This document shows, one piece after another, positions 56,683 through 64,000 of a stretch of DNA of 64,000 nucleotides; the stretch's first letter is position 1; the number at the start of each line of letters is the position of its first letter. A program made the position numbers and the translations under genes. Source of the stretch: an uncultured Gemmatimonadaceae bacterium (lineage in GTDB: Bacteria; Gemmatimonadota; Gemmatimonadetes; Gemmatimonadales; GWC2-71-9); the NCBI GenBank assembly GCA_964596925.1, contig CAZQWQ010000028.1, positions 28,947 to 92,946 of the forward strand, given 5' to 3'. The notes beneath the pieces were generated by a model. The model was given only the letters and a program-made list of their open reading frames with translations, searched no databases and had not been told where the DNA came from.

Positions 56683-59307
56683 ATGCCCCGCTCTGTTATC
56701 TGGCCGGTCCTCACCATAGCCGCCATCATCGCGCCGGCGCTCGGCGCGCAGGAAACCCGCGATACAGTCCACGACAGTGCGCAGCTCGTTCCCGGAGCGC
56801 ATTACCGCGCCGGCTGGCTGCAACGCCGGATGCTGGGCAACAACTACCGCGATTTGTGGACCCAGCCGCTCCACGTCGAGGTGCTCGACCTGGAGCGCCT
56901 CGCCGGTGGACTCACGCCGCTGTGCCTGAGCGGCGAGTTCCAAACAGCATCGCTGCGGTTGCGGGGCATGGACGGGCGCCAGTACGTGTTTCGCTCCGCC
57001 GACAAAGACCCAACCCGCGCGCTGCTGCCCGCTCGCCCCCGCCGGACCCCTGCGGCCAACATTCTTCAAGATCAGGTTTCCTCGCACCACCCCGCCGGCG
57101 CGCTCGTCGTCGCCCCGCTGCTCACCGCCGCCGGTGTTCCGCACGCCGAGCCCCAGCTCCGCGTCATGCCGGATCACCCTGCGCTCCAGGACTTCCGCCA
57201 GCCATTCGCGGGCACGCTCGGCACGGTCGAGGTTCGTCCGGACGCAGGGTTCGCCGCGTCCGACAGTATCGAGGAGACGGAACACGTCTGGAATCGCATC
57301 GACGCGTCTTCCGCGGATCGCGTGGACGCGCGCGCATACCTCACGGCACGGCTGATTGACATCCTGGTCGGCGATTGGGATCGAAACTTCGACCAATGGA
57401 CCTGGGCCAGCAACGAAACGGGGCACGGTCGGGTCTGGCGACCGATCCCTCGCAATCGGGACCAGGCATTTGCACGACTGGACGGGTTGATCCTGTCGTT
57501 GGCCCGGTACTACTGGCCTCAGCTTGTGAGCTTCAAGGCTTCGTATCCGAGCATGTACGGACTCACGTGGTCGGCGCGCGCCATGGACCGACGGTTCTTG
57601 GTAGCGCTGGAAAGGCCCGTGTGGGATTCCGTGGCGCAGGAGGTGCAGCGCCAGCTCACGGACTCGATCCTCGAAGATGCCGTGGGGCGACTGCCGCCCT
57701 CCATGCAGGAAACGCACGGCGCAGGGATGCTCCAGGCGCTCCAGCAGCGACGCGATCGTCTGCTGGAGGCGGTTGAGGAGTTTTATCCCCTCATCGCGAA
57801 GTATGCTGAGGTGCGCGGGACCAACGAAGCCGACCTTGTAGAAATCGACCGCCTGGACGATACGCGGGTCCGGGTCCGGATTTCCGCGGACTCAACACCA
57901 GACGCGGCGTATTTCGCGCGCACCTTCACCAACAGCGAAACCCGGGAAATCCGTCTCGACCTCGCTCGCGGACACGACCGGGCGATTGTTCGAGGACGGG
58001 TGTTGCGCAGCGCGACGGTGCGAGTGGCGGGCGGGGACGGGGACGACGTGATGATTGATTCGTCCACCGTGGGCCTCCCAATCCTGCGACGCCTGCTCAC
58101 GAGGACCTTCTTCTACGATTCCGACGGCGACAATCATTTTGTTCGCGGGCCGGGGACCGAGACCGACGAGCGTCGCTTTCACCCCCCGCCGCGCAAGGAC
58201 ACGTACCCGTTGAGCCCGCCCCGCTCGTGTAGCGACACCCGGTCCGAGTTGCCTCCACGCGATCTCGGCGATCCCGTCAGAGACTGGGGCACTCATTGGA
58301 TGCCGGCTCCCAAGTTTGGCTTTCAACCCGACCTGGGCCCGCTCATCGGCATGGGAGTGGTCCGCTACCGATACTCTTTCCATAAGGTACCGTACGGCTC
58401 ACGGGTCAGCCTTGGCGCGGTCTTCGCCACAGGGCCCGGGCGGCTGCGCGTCACCTACGACGGCGACTTTCGCAATCTCCCGCGACGTGCCTGGGGATCC
58501 TTGAGCTTGCGGTATTCGGGCATCGACCTGGTTCGCTTCCACGGGTTCGGGAATGAAACGTTCCTGGATCGACCGAAAACCTATTACAGGGTCACGCAAC
58601 GGCAGATCTCCGCCGCAACTTCCCTGACGGTGTTTCCACCGAACAGCCGCATCAGCCTCGGCCCCTTCTTTGAATTCGCCCAAACCGAGCTGGGTCAAGG
58701 CGGCCTGATCGACTCGCTACGACCGTATGGGGCGGACCGGTTCGCGCAGACCGGGATGGAAGCGCGTCTCGACGTTGACACGCGAGACCGGCCTTGGGCT
58801 CCGCGGCGAGGGGTACACCTGACGGCGCGCGGTCGCATCGTGCCGGCGGTGCTGGATGCGACGAGTGCCTACGGTCTGGCGGAGGGAGAAGCTGCTACTT
58901 ACGTGAGCGTCGGTAATCCTGCCCGAGTGACGCTCGCCACGCGGTTGGGGGGAAAGCGCGTCTGGGGAAGCGCGCCGTTCCACGCCGCCGCATATGTGGG
59001 AGGGGCAACCACGCTGCGCGCCTACAATGAGAATCGGTTTGCAGGCAACGCTGCGCTGTTCGCTAACGGGGAGGTACGGTTCTTCCTCACGAGTTTTCGA
59101 CTCCTTTTACCCGGTGATCTCGGTGTCCACGGGTTGGGAGACATCGGGAGAGTCTATCTCGATGGCGAGCGCTCCGATCGATGGCACGCCGCCGTCGGTG
59201 GTGGGGTTTGGCTCGCTTTCCTCGAACGCGGCAGCACGGTGACGCTGTCGATTGCCCGCAGTCCCGAGCGAACGGCCTTCTATGGACGACTCGGATTCAT
59301 GTTCTGA
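56683..59307 (+). CDS. Omp85/BamA-superfamily outer-membrane barrel with an uncharacterised ~480-aa N-terminal domain
   Basis: Signal peptide (VIWPVLTIAAIIAPALGAQE). The C-terminal region is typical of the bacterial surface antigen (D15) barrel (RAYNENRFAGNAALFANGEVRF...GRLGFMF). The N-domain carries LVGDWDRNFDQWTWA, and I see no POTRA pattern. Confidence 0.7.
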   Translation: MPRSVIWPVLTIAAIIAPALGAQETRDTVHDSAQLVPGAHYRAGWLQRRMLGNNYRDLWTQPLHVEVLDLERLAGGLTPLCLSGEFQTASLRLRGMDGRQYVFRSADKDPTRALLPARPRRTPAANILQDQVSSHHPAGALVVAPLLTAAGVPHAEPQLRVMPDHPALQDFRQPFAGTLGTVEVRPDAGFAASDSIEETEHVWNRIDASSADRVDARAYLTARLIDILVGDWDRNFDQWTWASNETGHGRVWRPIPRNRDQAFARLDGLILSLARYYWPQLVSFKASYPSMYGLTWSARAMDRRFLVALERPVWDSVAQEVQRQLTDSILEDAVGRLPPSMQETHGAGMLQALQQRRDRLLEAVEEFYPLIAKYAEVRGTNEADLVEIDRLDDTRVRVRISADSTPDAAYFARTFTNSETREIRLDLARGHDRAIVRGRVLRSATVRVAGGDGDDVMIDSSTVGLPILRRLLTRTFFYDSDGDNHFVRGPGTETDERRFHPPPRKDTYPLSPPRSCSDTRSELPPRDLGDPVRDWGTHWMPAPKFGFQPDLGPLIGMGVVRYRYSFHKVPYGSRVSLGAVFATGPGRLRVTYDGDFRNLPRRAWGSLSLRYSGIDLVRFHGFGNETFLDRPKTYYRVTQRQISAATSLTVFPPNSRISLGPFFEFAQTELGQGGLIDSLRPYGADRFAQTGMEARLDVDTRDRPWAPRRGVHLTARGRIVPAVLDATSAYGLAEGEAATYVSVGNPARVTLATRLGGKRVWGSAPFHAAAYVGGATTLRAYNENRFAGNAALFANGEVRFFLTSFRLLLPGDLGVHGLGDIGRVYLDGERSDRWHAAVGGGVWLAFLERGSTVTLSIARSPERTAFYGRLGFMF

Positions 59308-59339
59308 GGGCGATCGAGTGAGGGGTGCAGAATCGGTAG

Positions 59340-59393
59340 TGCCCGGGGCGGGAATCGAACCCGCTTGCCGTTGCCGGCACAGGATTCTGAGTC
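59340..59393 (-). pseudogene. 3' fragment (54 nt) of a tRNA-Leu gene; att-like direct repeat
   Basis: Matches 60293..60346 at 52 of 54 positions, covering the anticodon loop through the acceptor 3' strand. No complementary 5' acceptor or D-arm lies upstream. The anticodon position reads CAG instead of CAA. Confidence 0.75.
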
Positions 59394-59598
59394 GGTTTTC
59401 GCCCGAACACGCATATCCGTACGCGCGCTTACACGCGCGCCTAACGGAACCGATTGGGCGCAACCAAGGGCGCACGCGGAAGCGGGCCCGGAGGCCGAGC
59501 GAAGCGCCCCCAGGCCGTTGCCGGTTTCGTTCCTCCGATGGGCGCAGCGCCGTGCGGGCGCACGCTTCGGTGTATCGACCTCGCCGAGGCGGTGGACC

Positions 59599-60084
59599 CT
59601 AGTTCCTGGGCAGCGGGTCCGGGGCGAAGTTGGCGTGCACCAGCATCCAGTCGTTCCCCCGTTTCACGTAAACACGGGTCGACTTGGCGCGCGTGGGCTG
59701 GTTCACGCCGTCCTTGCTCTGGGCCACACCCACGTAGTTATAGGTCAGGACAGCCACGTTGCCGAAGACCTGCACCTTCGGGTTGATCATCTCCGAAACC
59801 AGAGTCTTTCCACTGTCCCTGAACCCGGCATCGGTGAGGCTCGAGGAGAGTTCCTTTCCCTCCAGCCGGGTCGCGTAGTCCCCGTTGAACTCCGTGTAGT
59901 CGTCGGCGATGTTCTTCATCGCCCCGGCGAGATCCCGCTGGTTTCCAGCCGCCCACATGGCCCTGGTGATCCGGATGACTTCGTCCGCCACGGCCTTCTC
60001 GGCCGGTTGTTGCGCGACGCCCACCCGACTCAGAACCAGTCCTGCGACCACCAGCAGCCCGAGCAGCTTCAGTTGCATGCGCAT
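59599..60084 (-). CDS. Secreted NTF2-like (SnoaL/DUF4440-type) protein
   Basis: Signal peptide (LLGLLVVAGLVLSRVGVAQQ). The ~130-aa domain ends in WMLVHANF, the cone-fold pattern of SnoaL-like/DUF4440 proteins. Visibly less GC-rich than its neighbours. Confidence 0.6.
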   Translation of the reverse strand: MRMQLKLLGLLVVAGLVLSRVGVAQQPAEKAVADEVIRITRAMWAAGNQRDLAGAMKNIADDYTEFNGDYATRLEGKELSSSLTDAGFRDSGKTLVSEMINPKVQVFGNVAVLTYNYVGVAQSKDGVNQPTRAKSTRVYVKRGNDWMLVHANFAPDPLPRN

Positions 60085-60292
60085 GTGTTGCCTCTACAAG
60101 AGTAGGGATTGCTCCACACGGCGCGAGCCGCAGCGTGCGCTGCGGTACGAGAGTGTCCTAAGCTTGACAGCGAGTGCGGACGGCCGGCTCGCAACCCTCA
60201 GGAGGGAACCTCTTGTGGAGATGGGAAGGCTAGTCGTGCTCGAGCAGTCGGGGAAGCGGGTCGCCGAAATGCCTGACCCCATCTGACTATCA

Positions 60293-60376
60293 TGCCCGGG
60301 GCGGGAATCGAACCCGCATGCCGTTGCCGGCACAGGATTTTGAGTCCTGCGCGTCTGCCAGTTCCGCCACCCGGGC
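60293..60376 (-). tRNA. tRNA-Leu (anticodon CAA)
   Basis: Folded by hand as acceptor GCCCGGG/CCCGGGC, D-arm GCG..CGC, anticodon stem CAGGA/TCCTG with loop CTCAAAA, long variable arm GCCG-GCAA-CGGC, T-arm GCGGG-TTCGATT-CCCGC, and discriminator A. 84 nt, with no encoded CCA. Confidence 0.9.
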
Positions 60377-60395
60377 CTGCGGCGGAATATAGCGG

Positions 60396-60941
60396 CTAGG
60401 GTCTCGGCCGCCGTCTCGGGGTTTCTCGTGGCCTCGGCCCATCTCGCGGGCGTACCCCCTGCCCTCGCCCGAGGGCGCGCTCGCGACGCACTTCCTGGAG
60501 TCGGGCCAGCAGCTGTTCGCGCAGCATCTGATACTGCGCCCGCTGCACCGGCGAGAGGTACTCAGCCATCTCGCGATCCTGATCCTGCTCCAGTTGGAGC
60601 AGCTCGACGCGGTTTCCCTGGATCCCGTCCATCAGGCGGCGCACACTATCGGCATCGGCGGCCTGGCCGGGACGCATTTGGCCGTCGAGGGAGAACCGCA
60701 GCGCGAGCTGCCGCCGCAAGATCGCGCGGCGCCGCACGCGAAAGCGCTCCTCGGTCGCACGCAGCTTGGCGCTCTGATCCCCGGTCAGGCCGAGCCGCTG
60801 TTGCACCACCCGACCGAAGCGCCGGTCGATTTCCTCCTGCAACCGCTCCCGCTGTACGGAATCGGGCGGGCCGGCCGAGTCCTGGGCCGTGAGCGCGGGC
60901 GCCATCGCCAGCCCCAGTACCCAGATGAGGTTCCGCATCAT
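60396..60941 (-). CDS. Periplasmic LTXXQ-motif (Spy/CpxP-like) protein (181 aa)
   Basis: ATG 60941 overlaps the anti-sigma stop. Signal peptide, LGLTGDQSAKL and YLSPVQRAQY helical motifs, and an Arg/Pro-rich tail. Confidence 0.7.
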   Translation of the reverse strand: MMRNLIWVLGLAMAPALTAQDSAGPPDSVQRERLQEEIDRRFGRVVQQRLGLTGDQSAKLRATEERFRVRRRAILRRQLALRFSLDGQMRPGQAADADSVRRLMDGIQGNRVELLQLEQDQDREMAEYLSPVQRAQYQMLREQLLARLQEVRRERALGRGQGVRPRDGPRPRETPRRRPRP

Positions 60942-61369
60942 CCCTCCAGTGACCGCAGCAGCGCTTGTAGCTGCTCCGTCGTTAGGTCGTTCAGATCGTC
61001 CTCCGAGGACGGCGGAGTGGCGGCCTGTAACGTTTCGTCCAGGGTACTGAGGACTTCTCGCAGCTGGTTGGCAGAAAGGTCCTGGAGGTCCTCGGCGATG
61101 TAGTGGGCTTGATGCCGCGATTCGCGTTCCAGTATCTCCCGCACGACTACGCTGACTCCGACCATCAAGACGACGATCGCAGCGGCCCGGAGCCATTTGG
61201 GCTGCTTCCACCACGGCGACGGTCCGTGCCGCTCGACTTCAGGTTCGCTGCGCAGCCGCTCCACCACTGCCCCAGCGACACGCTCGACGTTCAGCCGCTC
61301 GGCAGCCCCGGCGCCAAGTCGCCGGGCGAGCTCCTCCAGCTTGGCGTCGTCCATCTGATCGTCGGTCAT
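60938..61369 (-). CDS. Putative single-pass anti-sigma factor (143 aa)
   Basis: ATG 61369 overlaps the sigma-factor stop (ATGA). It has a cytoplasmic acidic N-terminus, one TM (WLRAAAIVVLMVGVSVVV), and a short periplasmic acidic tail. Confidence 0.6.
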   Translation of the reverse strand: MTDDQMDDAKLEELARRLGAGAAERLNVERVAGAVVERLRSEPEVERHGPSPWWKQPKWLRAAAIVVLMVGVSVVVREILERESRHQAHYIAEDLQDLSANQLREVLSTLDETLQAATPPSSEDDLNDLTTEQLQALLRSLEG

Positions 61370-61917
61370 TTCAACCACTCCTTCAGGCGCTTCACCGCAT
61401 GGTGGTAGTGCACTCGGGCGGCTCCGGGTGACGTGTCCAGCGCAGCCGCGATCTCCATGTACTCCAGCCCTTGCTGCGCTCGCAGCAGGAATACCTCGCG
61501 TTGCATGCGAGGCAACCGCTCCAGGCCGCGCTGTAACCGCTCCTCGGTCTCCCCGGCCACGGCCCGCTCGTGCGGGTCGCCGTCCCGTGAAGCAAGATGC
61601 TCGTCCAGCGGTACCACATGGCGCCGAGCCAACCGACGGCCCAGGTCCTTCAATGCGTTGCCGCCGATCGCCAGCAGCCAGGTGCGAAACTGACACTGAC
61701 CGCGGAACGTCGCGATCGCCCGAAACGCGCGGATGAACGCTTCCTGGACCAAATCATCGAGGTCCGTTTCCGGTGCCCCCGCTCCAGCCAGAAACCGCGC
61801 CAATGCCCGAGCATGTCGACGCACCAATTCGGCCGCAGCACGCTCATCCCCGCCCTGCCAGGCGGCGATCAGCTCAGCATCATCCGCCACTGCGGCGACC
61901 GGTTCCGCTGGAGACAT
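61366..61917 (-). CDS. ECF-type RNA polymerase sigma factor
   Basis: Region 2 (DLVQEAFIRAF...FRTWLLAIGGN) and region 4 (REVFLLRAQQGLEYMEIAAALDTSPGAARVHYHHAVKRL). 183 aa. Confidence 0.9.
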   Translation of the reverse strand: MSPAEPVAAVADDAELIAAWQGGDERAAAELVRRHARALARFLAGAGAPETDLDDLVQEAFIRAFRAIATFRGQCQFRTWLLAIGGNALKDLGRRLARRHVVPLDEHLASRDGDPHERAVAGETEERLQRGLERLPRMQREVFLLRAQQGLEYMEIAAALDTSPGAARVHYHHAVKRLKEWLK

Positions 61918-61978
61918 GGGCTCAGGGTGGACGTCGGGAATGAGGGAAAATTAAGGCGAAGGAGTCCTCGCCACCGGC

Positions 61979-62629
61979 TTGCCCCGGCCGGAACGCCAAC
62001 GTACTTTCTCTGTTCGAACAAGCGTTCGAAATCCCTTGCGACCTTACGATCAGCGGTTCGACGCCCTGCTGGGGCACGCCGCCCGGGTCTTTGCCGACCG
62101 GGGATACGATCGTACCACGATGCGCGATCTCGCTGCGGCGAGCGGCATGTCACTCGCCGGGATGTACTACTACGTCCCCGGCAAACAAGACCTGCTGTAT
62201 CACATCCAGGAGCGCTGTTTCACCCAGGTGCTGGAGGGGGCCGAGACCGCACTGGCTGGCGCGGTCGATCCCCACGAACGACTGGCCGCGTTCATTCGAC
62301 ACCATGTCGCGTTCTTCGCGGCCCACATGGCTGAGATGAAGGTGTTGTCGCACGAGGCCGCCGCCCTTGGCGGTGAACGCCTGCGGCAGATCACCCAGAT
62401 CAAACGTCGCTACGTCGATCGCCTCGAGGGGCTGCTGCGCGACGCCGCCCCCGAGCTGGTGCCGGTGGAGCGTTCCGCCACGGCGTACGCGCTGTTCGGG
62501 ATGATGAACTGGATCTACAACTGGTACGACCCCGCCGGGCCGCTCGACGCCGAGCGGCTTGCGGAGCTGATCACGCGCATTTTCCTCGGCGGATTCGCCG
62601 AGGCCCGTTCCACGGCTCAGGGAGGTTGA
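61979..62629 (+). CDS. TetR/AcrR-family transcriptional regulator
   Basis: HTH ARVFADRGYDRTTMRDLAAASGMSLAGMYYYVPGKQDLL. The start is uncertain: track TTG 61979, or TTG 62036 (MRPYDQRFDALL), which would leave the palindrome at 62013-62030 upstream. Confidence 0.85.
   Translation: MPRPERQRTFSVRTSVRNPLRPYDQRFDALLGHAARVFADRGYDRTTMRDLAAASGMSLAGMYYYVPGKQDLLYHIQERCFTQVLEGAETALAGAVDPHERLAAFIRHHVAFFAAHMAEMKVLSHEAAALGGERLRQITQIKRRYVDRLEGLLRDAAPELVPVERSATAYALFGMMNWIYNWYDPAGPLDAERLAELITRIFLGGFAEARSTAQGG
62013..62030. promoter_or_regulatory. Candidate TetR operator palindrome TTCGAAC-AAGC-GTTCGAA
   Basis: Perfect 7-nt inverted repeat with a 4-nt spacer at the 5' end of the TetR gene region. Confidence 0.3.
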
Positions 62630-62637
62630 GGACAGAC

Positions 62638-63447
62638 ATGGCGACCATGACGGAGCCCCAAGTGAAGACCCTCGTGCGCTATCGCGTCGAGGATGGACTC
62701 GCGCTCATCGAGCTGGACGATCCGCCAGCCAACACCTACACCCACGAGATGATGCGGCAGCTCGACGACGCGATTCTCCAGGCGCGGTTCGACGACTCCG
62801 CGCACGTCATCGTGCTACGCGGCACCGGCGACAAGTTCTTCTCCGCCGGCGCCAACATCAGTTACTTGAACAGCATCACCCCTCGCTACAAGTACTTCTT
62901 CTGTCTGCACGCGAACGAGACCCTGAACCGCCTCGAGCACACGCCGAAGCTCACCATCGCGGCGTTGAACGGTCACACCGTGGGCGGTGGACTCGAGATC
63001 GCCATGGCCTGTGACATCCGCCTCGCCAAGGAAAACGCCGGCAAGATCGGCCTCCCCGAAGTGAGCCTCGGCGTGCTGCCGGGGACCGGTGGCACCCAGC
63101 GCCTCGCCCGCCTGGTAGGGAAATCCAAAGCCATCGAGATGATGGTAAAGGGTGAGACGTACCAGATGGACACGGCCAAGGACCTCGGCATAGTCAATGA
63201 AGTGTTCCCGGCAAAGACTTTCTGGGACCAGGTGCTGCTCTACGCGAAGCAGTTCTGCCCGCCACACAAGGCGTCGAAGGCCGTCGGGTTGATTAAGCGG
63301 GCGGTGCAGTCGGGGGCCGAAGTGCCCTTCGAATCCGGGCTGGCCATCGAGCGTGAGCTGCAGCAGCAGCTATTCCAGAGCGATGACGCGAAAGAGGGCA
63401 TCGCGGCCTACACCGAGAAGCGCATGGCGGAGTTCAAGGGCCGGTGA
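62638..63447 (+). CDS. Enoyl-CoA hydratase/isomerase (crotonase) family protein
   Basis: [18 protein letters not shown] and [19 protein letters not shown] oxyanion-hole motifs. ATG 62638 is preceded by GGAGG/GAGGA. Confidence 0.88.
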   Translation: MATMTEPQVKTLVRYRVEDGLALIELDDPPANTYTHEMMRQLDDAILQARFDDSAHVIVLRGTGDKFFSAGANISYLNSITPRYKYFFCLHANETLNRLEHTPKLTIAALNGHTVGGGLEIAMACDIRLAKENAGKIGLPEVSLGVLPGTGGTQRLARLVGKSKAIEMMVKGETYQMDTAKDLGIVNEVFPAKTFWDQVLLYAKQFCPPHKASKAVGLIKRAVQSGAEVPFESGLAIERELQQQLFQSDDAKEGIAAYTEKRMAEFKGR

Positions 63448-64000
63448 AAACCGACCTGTTCATCAATAACGAGTGGCGCCCGGCGGTCGCCGGCCAGCGC
63501 TTCCCCGTGGAGAATCCCGCCACGGAAGAGGTGATCGCCGAGGTGGCTTCCGGCGACGCGGCCGACGTCGACAACGCGGTGGCCGCGGCGCGCGCGTGCT
63601 TCGAATCGGAGGGCTGGCGTGCGCTGTCGCCGCGCAAACGCGGGCGGATGCTCACCAAGGCGGCCGACCTGCTCGAAGCACGGCTCGACGAGTTCGCGCG
63701 GCTCGAGACGGCGCACAACGGCAAAACGCTGTTCGAATCGAAGATCGAGCTGACCATGACGGTCAACACGCTGCGCTACTACGGCGGGTGGGCCGACAAG
63801 ATCACGGGCGACACGCTCCCGGTTGACGGCCCGTTCTTTTGCTACACGCTGCGCGAACCGGTCGGGGTCGTGGGGGCCATCGTGCCGTGGAATTTCCCGC
63901 TCAACATCGCGAGCTGGAAATTCGCGCCGGCGCTTGCGGCCGGTTGCACCATCATTCTCAAGCCGGCGTCTGAGACGCCGCTCACCGCGCTGGCCTTCTC
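63444..64000 (+). CDS. NAD(P)-dependent aldehyde dehydrogenase, N-terminal 185 codons (continues beyond window end)
   Basis: Absent from the ORF track because there is no stop in the window. My translation from GTG 63444 (GTGA overlap) is [34 protein letters not shown]...VGAIVPWNFPLNIASWKFAPALAAGCTIILKPASETP, the classical ALDH motifs. Confidence 0.88.
   Translation, partial: MKTDLFINNEWRPAVAGQRFPVENPATEEVIAEVASGDAADVDNAVAAARACFESEGWRALSPRKRGRMLTKAADLLEARLDEFARLETAHNGKTLFESKIELTMTVNTLRYYGGWADKITGDTLPVDGPFFCYTLREPVGVVGAIVPWNFPLNIASWKFAPALAAGCTIILKPASETPLTALAF

Noticed and set aside
59340-59430. A second complete tRNA gene at the tRNA-like sequence near 59.34 kb
   Set aside because: Only the 3' 54 nt align. 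The upstream sequence cannot form the 5' acceptor strand, D-arm or 5' anticodon stem, so this is a fragment, not a functional tRNA.

Overview
GC-rich window (roughly two-thirds G+C by eye, not computed) from a diderm bacterial chromosome. The lineage cannot be assigned without a database search. Protein style and gene content resemble Gemmatimonadota or Acidobacteriota soil bacteria, but that is a low-confidence guess. Positions 1-42.6 kb are core housekeeping. They hold nuoA-I (complex I; nuoI runs off the left edge), dcd, two secreted proteases or propeller proteins, ndh (NDH-2) divergent from a three-gene sdhCAB, and then an unbroken run of 27 same-strand genes. That run is gltA, icd, pepA, a plug/barrel OMP, yicC, gmk, rpoZ, coaBC, udg, dnaB, radA, ispD, tsaC, an LMW-PTP, aroE, comF, gap, pgk, tpiA, secG, carA, an HU/IHF-like gene, an M61 peptidase, moaD, moaE, moaA and mdh. 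Many of these genes have 1- or 4-nt start/stop overlaps. Positions 42.7-61.9 kb look accessory and are dominated by cell-envelope genes. They contain a four-gene small Cys/His protein + porin + membrane protein + FMN_bind-like module, a membrane diguanylate cyclase and a Zn-ribbon protein. They also contain a 1717-aa lipoprotein built of 16 tandem ~105-aa Ig-like repeats, a translationally coupled polytopic-membrane + vWA-lipoprotein pair, a Vps62-like domain fused to a small beta-barrel, and an Omp85-type barrel with a non-POTRA N-terminal domain. The block ends with tRNA-Leu(CAA), a duplicated 54-nt 3' fragment of it bracketing a 0.9-kb single-gene insert, and an ECF sigma/anti-sigma/LTXXQ operon. 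The right end holds a TetR / enoyl-CoA hydratase / aldehyde dehydrogenase operon, with the ALDH running off the edge. I found no CRISPR array, rRNA, integrase, transposase or recognisable defence system. The best candidate for an undescribed system is the envelope locus at 47.0-59.3 kb. All functional calls rest on motif and family recognition by eye, and no searches were run. Many long ORFs in the track are antisense or out-of-frame artefacts of high GC, and several real genes start well inside their track ORF.
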